From Synechococcus sp. A15-28 (GTDB taxonomy: Bacteria; Cyanobacteriota; Cyanobacteriia; PCC-6307; Cyanobiaceae), in NCBI RefSeq assembly GCF_014280175.1, contig NZ_CP047931.1:2190001-2222000 (forward strand): 32,000 bases of DNA, read 5' to 3'. Numbering within the stretch: position 1 is the stretch's first letter; every line of letters starts with the position of its first letter. Positions 11,076 to 18,764 of this stretch are shown here, in pieces. Position numbers and translations under genes: made by a program. The notes below the pieces were generated by a model. The model was not told the DNA's origin. It saw nothing but the letters and a program-made list of their open reading frames with translations, and did no database searches.

Positions 11076-13316
11076 TCAGACCGTGATCTGAATTGCATTC
11101 TGAAGGTCAATCGCCTGATCAGCGGTGATGCCTTTAACGAGAATCGTACCGGCGTCGTGAATGATTTTGATGCTCCGCTCAGGGTTGCTGGGCTGGGACA
11201 CTTCAAAGCCGGTCGACTCATCGATGGCGATCACGTCACCCTCTTCAAAACTGAAGCCCATGATTTTATCCTTGCCAGCTGAGCCGGCATAAACATCGGC
11301 GCCGCCGCGCCTGCGCAGCTTGTCATAACCGAAACCGCCATCGAGCAGGTCATCAGCTTTCCGGCCCTTCAGCATGTCGTCACCGCGGAGACCTTGAAGT
11401 GCGCTGCCAGTACGTGTAGCTACGAGTTGGTCATTGCCGCGCGTACCCATGATTTCATCAGCGGGGTCCACGAGATCGGACTGGCTGGGACGGAGCAGAA
11501 CAGAGCGGGGGGAAGCAATGACGTCAGCGTCCTTGATGTCGACAACGCCACCGAGTTCCTCAGCGATGTAAGTCGCCAGAATTTCCTGCTCACCAATGAC
11601 GGTCTCGATCTTGTCCTGAAGCGGAACAAAGGCCTGATAGCCATCACCACCACCAGCCTGGTAGTTGTTCGTGGCCAGGGTGAAGGTTTCCTCCAGTGCT
11701 GTCTGGTTAACTGCGAAGTCCTCGACGAGCTCAACGGTGCTGCCGTCATCCCGGGTCACCGTGAGGTTGGCCACGCGGCTGGTTTCACTGAGAGAAAGCG
11801 CCTCTTCAACACCAGGCCGATAGGTGACGAACTCCAGCTCAACGCCGGCGAAATGAGGGAACCGTCCATCCAGGGCGGGAGCCCGGCTGACGCCGTTTTC
11901 AACAATGGCCAGGAACTCAGCGCCGGTGAGATCCATGATGGTGAGTTGGTTATCGAACGCCAGAGCGGCGTTCACCTGCAGCTGGGTAATCGGGGAAAGA
12001 CCGGCGATGGTGTCGCGAATACCGCCACCGTTTTTCAGGGCGATATCAGCGCGTTTCGTTTCACCGATTTCTTCGAGGTACTCGTTGGCATACCAGAGCG
12101 TTGAATCAGCAGCGAGGCGACCCAGGTTGGTTTAGCGACTGCGGATATCAGCGCGAACGCCATTGAGGCTGTCGGTGGTGGTGCCGACTTCGGCGAAGGC
12201 GGCCTGCAGCTCATCTGTTGCCAGCAGAGCTTCATAGGTGCTCACCACAACGGGATCAGCCACTGCATCGCCGGAGGTCCAGGCACGGAGAGCGACTAAA
12301 CCCTCATCGTTCGTGGGCACAGGGCCGCTGTTGTCGGCGTCGTAGCTGGTGATCTCACCGTTGTCGTCGAAGTTCACCACCAGGTGGCCCACATAGCGCC
12401 AGATCTGCTCGGTGTTGGTGATCAGAACGGTGTTGCCCTCGGAATCAGCCGACTGCAGAGGGTAGTTGTGCGTGATCGGATTGCCTGCTTCTTCGGTACG
12501 CAGCAGGTTGAACGGACCGCTGGGGGTGTCAGCGGACATGTAACCGGTCATGCCGGCCTGGATGATCACATCGACACCATCCAATTCCGCAGGAAGAACG
12601 GATTGATTGGTGTAGTCCTGAGCGTGATCAATGAAGATGATTTTATTGACACCTTGATTGGTGAGGCGATCGATCTCCGCCTGAATCAGGGGGAGCGGCT
12701 CAAGCACTGGTTCCCGAGCCGTTCCCTCACCACTGGTGCCACCGATGTAGTCCAGACCGGGCAGGTTGCCATCGGCGACCAGGGAGAACATTTCACTGGG
12801 TGAACGGCCGATCAAACCAATCTGCTCACCGTCGATTTCGATATAGGCGGAGGGTGCAATCTTGCCTGCCAAGTCTTCAACGCTTTGAGCGGGCTCACCG
12901 GCGGCGTAGCTCACGAAAGGAGCGGCATTGCCGTCCGTATCAACAACGGAGCTGAAGTCGAGGTTGGCGGACAAATGGACGTACTCCGATGCATTCACCA
13001 TGTCGATGAACTCACCGATGTTCCCATCCATCTCATGGTTACCAATGCCATTGGCCTTCACGCCCATGGCATTGAAAATTTTGATATCCGCTAAGCCAGG
13101 CTTACCTTCTGTAGTTTCACTAGCAGAATAAAAGAGATGAGGAAGGGTGTGGTCTCCAGCGGTGACATGAAGGCTGGCCCAACCCTGCGCTGCAGCTTCA
13201 TCCTGCAAGCCATCAGTGATGGCTGCGTAATTAACAACCTTGTCCTCAAGTGTATTGACATCCTTGAAGTTGGACTCGTTGTCAGAGCTGTGAATCAGCT
13301 GAAGCTGAAAAGCCAT
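11076..13316 (-). pseudogene. 5'-nucleotidase / metallophosphoesterase with C-terminal RTX-type repeats and a T1SS-type tail, interrupted by one in-frame TAA (12132-12134)
   Basis: Track ORFs 12132..13316 (394 aa) and 11076..11975 (299 aa) are in the same frame: (12134-11975)=159, which is 53 codons. The N-part has calcineurin-type metallophosphatase motifs (LIHSSDNES, GDH, GNHE). Across the stop the translation reads ...NGVRADIRSR*TNLGRLAADSTLWYANEYLEEIGETKRADIALKNGGGIRDTIAGLSPITQLQVNAALAFDNQL. That is the conserved (E)TNLGxLxAD and NGGGIR core of the 5'-nucleotidase C-domain. The tail has nonapeptide repeats GTRGNDQLV, GLRGDDMLK and GGFGYDKLR, then GFSFEEGDVIAID. There is no N-terminal signal peptide. 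Pseudogene status assumes the TAA is not a sequencing error. Confidence 0.7.
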
Positions 13317-13486
13317 GATTTAAGAATAAATCTCAAACTAATAATTAGATGAAATTTTCGCAGGATCCTTCAGTCCTTGTTGCACGGAGCACACAATGCT
13401 GTCTTGCGCATTACGAGGATCAATTCGTAAAAGTAGCCAGCAGCTTTACACGTTTATCTAACTCTAGTCATAGAAATTATTATGCA

Positions 13487-13516
13487 TAAAAAAACCCCTT
13501 GCTGATGCAAGGGGTT
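13487..13516 (-). terminator. Intrinsic terminator downstream of the 584-aa island gene
   Basis: 10-bp perfect stem AACCCCTTGC (13493-13502) / GCAAGGGGTT (13507-13516) with a 4-nt loop. On the minus strand it is followed by a run of 7 or more T. It lies about 20 nt after the stop at 13538. Confidence 0.85.
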
Positions 13517-13537
13517 GAAGAGATTCGCTCTATTTGA

Positions 13538-15292
13538 TCAGCCCAGATCAGCCTGACTGATGGCGTAGGTGTCCAGAGTGCGGGACACCTCGTTGGTCAC
13601 AAACATGTGACCACTGGTCTTCGAATCGTTGACGAAGAGCAGACCCTCTGGGGAGAGGGATTCGGGAGATTGGAGAGTGGCCACGTGCTTAACGCGGTCA
13701 TCGTTGTCTGCCGCATTGATGTCAACAACCTCAAAGATGGGAACAATCGTTCCGAGCTCATCTTCGTCGCCGTTGTTGTAGCAACGCTCCAGCGCAACAG
13801 CGATGTAGTGACGCTTGTTCTTCTTCTTGCCGAAGGAGAAGTACTCAACGGTTTCAGGCTCGGTACCCTTGTCATCGCTGCGGCCGTCGGGATAGTAGCC
13901 GAGTTCAGCAGCAATTTCTTCGGTGAGGTTGCCGGAGTCGTAGACGACTTCACCTTCATTATTGTGAATGGAGAAGCCACGGCCGCCGAAACCGACCATG
14001 TTGCCGGTAACAGGATCGTTCTGATCAGCCAGGGTTTTCAGGCGTCCCTCAGCAATGATCTGTGAGTCGTAGTTGCTGACATCACCGAAGTCCTCCAAAT
14101 CCTTGGCACGAACTTCATCAGACCAGAACTCATCGTCCGAGCTGACACCGTACTTCTTAGTGATAAAGAATTCATCACCTTCTTCAGCTTCGAAATCTCC
14201 CTCGGAGCCAACGCCCGCTTGGTCGTAGATGTAGATCGTTTCGATCAGGTTTAGGGGATCAACAAAGGAATCGATCTCAGCACCGGTGGAGTTTGTTCCG
14301 TAGGAATAAACTCCAGCGGCCTCAGCCTCGAAGTTCACATCATCCGGACGGACGCGGCCATCACCCTCATTGGGGGAGATGAACAAAATCTGCTTCTTAC
14401 CACCAAGCTTGGTTTTGAAGGTATCGATGCCGTCAGGCATCCGTGCACTGGTTACGCCCTCTTTAACAGAGGGATTGTATCCATCGTCCTTATCGGTGGT
14501 ATCAAAGGGGATACCTGACCAATCCTTGTAGCCAAGGCCGAAAACGCCGGTGATTTTTCCTTTCTTCAGATTGACTTCAGCCAAAGCGTTGTTCTCCTGC
14601 AACGCCACGAGAGCTGTCTTGTTGCCGGTGATACCGACGTACTCAGGCTCGAGGTCGATCCGTGCAAACTTGTTATTGCCTGATTTCTCAGGGCCGTACA
14701 TCCGAACGCCGTTGTTCTCGTAGTAGCTGTTGTTCTTCGTGAAGTAGAGGATATTAACGTCAGACTTAGCAGGTTTCTTGTTATTAATATCGATGATTGA
14801 AATACTTCCAGGAGGGTTCTGACCGGCCTCATCAGAGCCGTAGAAATCGAGAGGCTCTCCCTCATCAGCAGTGACCAGTTTGTGGCCTTTCTTCGTGAAG
14901 GACAGCTGGTCGGGCTGGAAGCCGACGTCAACAGAACCACGGCTGATCAGTTCGCCGGCTTCGTAGTTGAAAAACTCGACCTTGCCCTCGCGGGTGTCAC
15001 GATCAAAAACGGAGGCCGCGACCAAACCCTTAGAGCTCACGCGAACGTCGGAAACGTCGCCTTCCAGGTAGTACTCAGCGACAACTTCTCCCTGGTCGTA
15101 ACCATTGGAGTAATCAACTGCAACAACCTGACCACCTTTGTCATCGGTGTACTCACCGGTGATGACGAAAGCAGTTTTGGTTGCGGGGTCCCAGTCAACT
15201 TTTTCAGCACCACCGGGATTAACCGATTGCAAAGGACTGATGATTTTGTCGCTGATCACGGCGGAAAAAACATACCCCCCGGAAAATGCCAT
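13538..15292 (-). CDS. Beta-propeller exoenzyme-like protein (choice-of-anchor-I / phytase-like family; homologues are often annotated as putative alkaline phosphatase)
   Basis: 584 aa in low-GC sequence. The segments LEPEYVGITGNKTALVALQENNALAEVNLKKGKITGVFGLGYKDW, GGRGFSIHNNEGEVVYDSG, SDDKGTEPETVEY and SPEGLLFV match my memory of this family. The ATG at 15292 is the first ATG after an in-frame TAA (15311-15313). Family assignment is from memory only. Confidence 0.6.
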   Translation of the reverse strand: MAFSGGYVFSAVISDKIISPLQSVNPGGAEKVDWDPATKTAFVITGEYTDDKGGQVVAVDYSNGYDQGEVVAEYYLEGDVSDVRVSSKGLVAASVFDRDTREGKVEFFNYEAGELISRGSVDVGFQPDQLSFTKKGHKLVTADEGEPLDFYGSDEAGQNPPGSISIIDINNKKPAKSDVNILYFTKNNSYYENNGVRMYGPEKSGNNKFARIDLEPEYVGITGNKTALVALQENNALAEVNLKKGKITGVFGLGYKDWSGIPFDTTDKDDGYNPSVKEGVTSARMPDGIDTFKTKLGGKKQILFISPNEGDGRVRPDDVNFEAEAAGVYSYGTNSTGAEIDSFVDPLNLIETIYIYDQAGVGSEGDFEAEEGDEFFITKKYGVSSDDEFWSDEVRAKDLEDFGDVSNYDSQIIAEGRLKTLADQNDPVTGNMVGFGGRGFSIHNNEGEVVYDSGNLTEEIAAELGYYPDGRSDDKGTEPETVEYFSFGKKKNKRHYIAVALERCYNNGDEDELGTIVPIFEVVDINAADNDDRVKHVATLQSPESLSPEGLLFVNDSKTSGHMFVTNEVSRTLDTYAISQADLG

Positions 15293-15543
15293 CAGTAAGC
15301 AAAGAAGGATTTATGCCAGGTTTAAGATCTGATCAAGGTCCCTTGCGGGACATGTTCGTTGTGCACTAGGCAAACATTCCCTCCTTTCTGCCCTCAGATG
15401 GAACTGCACCGCTGGATCAAGACCGACTGCGGCAGAGCCAAACTGGCTGATCTTGCAGCTCGCCCTGGTGTTCTTGCTCGCCTGCGGCTGGTTTGGTTTG
15501 TGCTAATCGCGGCTATCCGCGACTGGCCGCTACCCAATCCTGA

Positions 15544-16200
15544 TCAGAGCGGCGACTCATCTTCCTGAAGCGCCTGGCGTGCGGCACGGCTCACAAGAAC
15601 GACCACACCGATCGTGGCCACCACCCCCGCCACCCTCAGAGTCCAGGTCATCGGATCCGCCTCACCCCCCAGCACTTCACCAAAGCGGGCGACATCGCCG
15701 GCCAACGCCCCCAACCCGCAAAACAGCACCGTTCCAGGGAGGATGCCGATCAAGCCGATGCTGTAGTCCCGCAGGCTCACCTCACTAAGGCCATAGGCCA
15801 GGTTGAGCAACGAAAACGGAAAGGCGGGCGAAAGGCGCGTCAGCAGCACCAGCTTCAGCCCCTCTTTGCTGACGGCCCGCTCCACCGCCTGCAGCTTGGG
15901 GAGCTGCTCCAATCGGCGCTGGGCCCAGTCGCGCAGCACCGTGCGACCAAGCAGGAACACCACCACCGCCCCAAGGCTGGCGCCAACGAACACCAGGCCA
16001 CTGCCAAGCCAGGTGCCATAAAGAACCCCGGCCAGCATCGAGGCCCACACCCCCGGCAGCAGCAAGGTCACCCAGAGGGCATAGAGCGGAATGAACGCCA
16101 CCGCCCCCAGCGGGGAGCGAAGTAGCTCCAACGCATCCGGGAGCCAGTGCTGAACCAGGGAGATCAATTGGACACCCACCCACTCGGCGGAGCATGGCAC
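15544..16200 (-). CDS. TVP38/TMEM64 (DedA-related, SNARE-associated) family membrane protein
   Basis: 218 aa and multi-TM. LTRLSPAFPFSLLNLAYGLSEVSLRDY is the family signature region as I recall it. The GTG start at 16200 directly abuts the upstream permease stop (16201-16203). The exact start is uncertain. Confidence 0.7.
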   Translation of the reverse strand: MPCSAEWVGVQLISLVQHWLPDALELLRSPLGAVAFIPLYALWVTLLLPGVWASMLAGVLYGTWLGSGLVFVGASLGAVVVFLLGRTVLRDWAQRRLEQLPKLQAVERAVSKEGLKLVLLTRLSPAFPFSLLNLAYGLSEVSLRDYSIGLIGILPGTVLFCGLGALAGDVARFGEVLGGEADPMTWTLRVAGVVATIGVVVLVSRAARQALQEDESPL

Positions 16201-16989
16201 TCAACTGGAGGCTGAGGTGTAGAAGCGCAGGGCAAAAAGCCAGAAAGCCCGCGCCGCCGCAAAGAACAGCACCGCCAGAGCCAGGCCCGCCAGCAGGATG
16301 GGTGCGGCGGCTTCACCGAGCAGCACCTGGGCTGGAACCGTGGTGAGAAACGCCACCGGCAGCACCAGGGTGAACAAGAGACGCAGGGCCGGTGGATAGG
16401 CGGTGAGGGGATAACGGCCGGAGGCCAGCAGGGCCCGCAGCACCTCGGTGGCATTCCAGGTTTTGACGAACCAGATGCTGGTGGCGGCAATCAGGAACCA
16501 GAGCGAATAAAGGATCAAGCCACCGGCCAGCAGCATCACCAGCACGGTGAAGAAGGAGGGCAGCGTGAGCACCACACCGGCCTGATGGCTGCCCCAGGCC
16601 AGAAGGCCAAGTCCCAGACCGATCTCCGGCAGCCCTGCCGGCGACAGGGTGCGCAACGACAACCAGAACTGGCTGTCGATCGGTTTGAGCAGCACGAAAT
16701 CCAGGGTTCCCTCGCGCACATGGGTGACGATCGCCCCGAGGTTGGGGCGCAACCAGGTGGTGGCCATGCCATCGAACACCGTGTAAAGCCCCTGCACCAT
16801 CAGAGCCTGGGCCCAGCTCCAGCCCCCCAACGTCTGATCGGGGCCATAGAACAGCGAGAGCAGGAACAGGCTGCCGCTGAGGCTCATCGCCACCGCCAGC
16901 AACTCGATCAGCACGTTGGCCTGATACTCCAGCTGCACGGCCACGGCCGTACCCCAGAAGCGGCGCAGGGTTCGCCAATACCGCCCCAT
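16201..16989 (-). CDS. ABC-2 type transporter permease (uncharacterised ABC system, second permease)
   Basis: The track ORF extends to 17160, but the ATG at 16989 (M58, MGRYWRTLRRFWGTAVAVQLEYQANVLIE...) overlaps the upstream stop by 1 nt (TGATG). About 6 hydrophobic segments. Confidence 0.75.
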   Translation of the reverse strand: MGRYWRTLRRFWGTAVAVQLEYQANVLIELLAVAMSLSGSLFLLSLFYGPDQTLGGWSWAQALMVQGLYTVFDGMATTWLRPNLGAIVTHVREGTLDFVLLKPIDSQFWLSLRTLSPAGLPEIGLGLGLLAWGSHQAGVVLTLPSFFTVLVMLLAGGLILYSLWFLIAATSIWFVKTWNATEVLRALLASGRYPLTAYPPALRLLFTLVLPVAFLTTVPAQVLLGEAAAPILLAGLALAVLFFAAARAFWLFALRFYTSASS

Positions 16990-17786
16990 CAGGCCCCCAT
17001 GGCGCTGTAGCGCCGCACGCCGGCCCGCCATAGCAGCAACAACAGCGGCAGCAACAGGACGATCCAAGCCAGCTGGGCACCAAAGCCCGCCAGCAGATCC
17101 ACCGGCTGGCCCGCCAGCACCCGGGCTGGAAAGTCGATCAGATAAGGGAAGGGCGTCCACTGGGCCAGGGCCCGCACCGCCGGCGGAAAGGCCGTAAGCG
17201 GTGCCAGCAAACCGGAAAGGAACAGGAAGGGGATGAACTGAAGCCGCTCCAGGGCACTGGCCTTCTCACTCCAGAAGCAGAGGGCGGCCAGCAGGCTCTG
17301 GAACAGGAAGGCGATGGCAAAGGCCATCCAGGTGGCCAGCCAGGCCAGCAGGAAGCCCCCCAACGACGGCAACCAGAAGGCCTGGGGCTGCACGGCAAAG
17401 AACACCGCCGCGATCAGGGCTGCAAAGGGCAGACGGGTGAGCTGCTCACCCAGGTGGGCCGCCACATAACGCCAGAGCGGATGCAGCGGCTGCAGCAGAT
17501 AGGGCGACAGCCGGCCCTGCAGGGCGTCCTCCTCAAAGGCGTACACCACCCACACCACTGAGAACTGGCGCACCAGAAAGGCGCTTAGGAAGTAGCGATC
17601 CAGGGCCACACCATCCAGCTCCAGCCCAGGGCGCGCGTCGCTGCCGCTCCAGACGCTGAGCATGATGAACGGCAGCACTCCTGAGAGGGCCCAGAGGGCG
17701 ATCTCAGCGCGGTATTCGAGCATGTGGGCGTACTGGGTTCCCAGCAGCACCCGGATGATCCGCCGGTTCAGCCCGAAGATCCGCAT
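16989..17786 (-). CDS. ABC-2 type transporter permease (first permease)
   Basis: 265 aa. MRIFGLNRRIIRVLLGTQYAHMLEYRAEIALWAL... and multi-TM. The ATG overlaps the ATPase stop by 1 nt (TGATG). Confidence 0.75.
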   Translation of the reverse strand: MRIFGLNRRIIRVLLGTQYAHMLEYRAEIALWALSGVLPFIMLSVWSGSDARPGLELDGVALDRYFLSAFLVRQFSVVWVVYAFEEDALQGRLSPYLLQPLHPLWRYVAAHLGEQLTRLPFAALIAAVFFAVQPQAFWLPSLGGFLLAWLATWMAFAIAFLFQSLLAALCFWSEKASALERLQFIPFLFLSGLLAPLTAFPPAVRALAQWTPFPYLIDFPARVLAGQPVDLLAGFGAQLAWIVLLLPLLLLLWRAGVRRYSAMGA

Positions 17787-18760
17787 CAGACGCGCCCCTG
17801 CCGAAACAACCCACCGATCAGTTCTTCAATCGGTGGATCGGTCACATCCAGATCACGCACAGGGAAACGATCCAGCAGTTGCGCCACCACGGCGGTGAGC
17901 TGATCGCGCGGCACCATCAGCCGCACATCACAGCCCTCCAGCTGCTCCAGACGCCCCAACCCCGCCAAGGCATCCGCTGCAACGGGCGACTCCAGTTCCA
18001 GCCGCACCTCCCGCTCCGGCGCCAGTTGATCGGCCAGCACCTCAAGAGGACCGTCGTGGAACAACCGCCCCTGGTGGATGAGCAGCACCCGGGGACACAA
18101 CGCCGTGATGTCAGCCATGTAGTGGCTGGTGAGCAGCACCGTTGCCCCCGTGCGGCGGTTGTAGTCCGCCAGAAACTGCCGCACCCGGGCCTGGGCATTC
18201 ACATCCAGCCCCAGGGTCGGTTCATCAAGGAACAGCACCTCCGGCTCATGCAGCAGCGCCGCCAGCAATTCGGCCTTCATCCGCTGGCCCAGGGAGAGCT
18301 TGCGCACCGGCCGGGTGAGCTCCTCCCCCAGCTCCAGCAGATCAGCCAGCTCACTGATCCGTCGCCGGGCCACGCCATCGGGGATGCCGTACACCGCCGC
18401 ATTCACCCGCAACGAATCCATCGGCGGCAGGTCCCAGAGCAGCTGCTGTTTCTGACCCATCACCAGGGTGATCCGCCGCAGGAACTCCGCCTGACGGCGC
18501 TGCGGACTGAAGCCCGCCACCTGCACCTCCCCAGCGCTGGGGTGAATGAGGCCGCAGAGCATCTTCAAGGTGGTGGTTTTGCCAGCGCCGTTGGCGCCAA
18601 GAAAGCCCACCATCTCGCCGGGCTCGATCCGGAAGGACACGTCCTGCACCGCCGTCACATCCCGGGTGCGGCGGCGAATGAAATGGCGCAGGGTGCCAGC
18701 CAGGCCGGGCTGCTTCTCGGCAACCCGGTAAGTCTTGCTCAGCCCCTCAACCTGAATCAC
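17786..18760 (-). CDS. ABC transporter ATP-binding protein
   Basis: 324 aa. Walker A GANGAGKTT, signature LSLGQRMK, Walker B LFLDEPTLGLD. The GTG start lies 4 nt after the valS stop. Confidence 0.9.
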   Translation of the reverse strand: MIQVEGLSKTYRVAEKQPGLAGTLRHFIRRRTRDVTAVQDVSFRIEPGEMVGFLGANGAGKTTTLKMLCGLIHPSAGEVQVAGFSPQRRQAEFLRRITLVMGQKQQLLWDLPPMDSLRVNAAVYGIPDGVARRRISELADLLELGEELTRPVRKLSLGQRMKAELLAALLHEPEVLFLDEPTLGLDVNAQARVRQFLADYNRRTGATVLLTSHYMADITALCPRVLLIHQGRLFHDGPLEVLADQLAPEREVRLELESPVAADALAGLGRLEQLEGCDVRLMVPRDQLTAVVAQLLDRFPVRDLDVTDPPIEELIGGLFRQGRV

Positions 18761-18764
18761 CGAC

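Noticed and set aside
11394-12104. 236-aa plus-strand ORF inside the island
   Set aside because: It is antisense to the 5'-nucleotidase C-domain/RTX region, whose minus-strand frame carries family motifs. The plus frame carries none.
13317-13486. Possible PhoB/SphR Pho boxes (tandem PyTTAAPyPy(T/A) at 11-bp spacing) upstream of the two island genes, also examined at 15293-15340
   Set aside because: Only weak partial matches were found, for example CTTAAACC-N3-CATAAATC-N3-CTTTGCTT on the minus strand of 15296-15325. These end within a few nt of the start codon, which leaves no room for a -10 element and leader. I cannot support a site by eye. A PWM scan plus TSS data would decide.
15359-15568. 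69-aa plus-strand ORF (or 56 aa from the ATG at 15398) at the island edge
   Set aside because: It has no motifs, overlaps the TVP38 gene 3' end, and sits in what looks like terminator and leader sequence. I cannot distinguish it from chance, so it is left uncalled.
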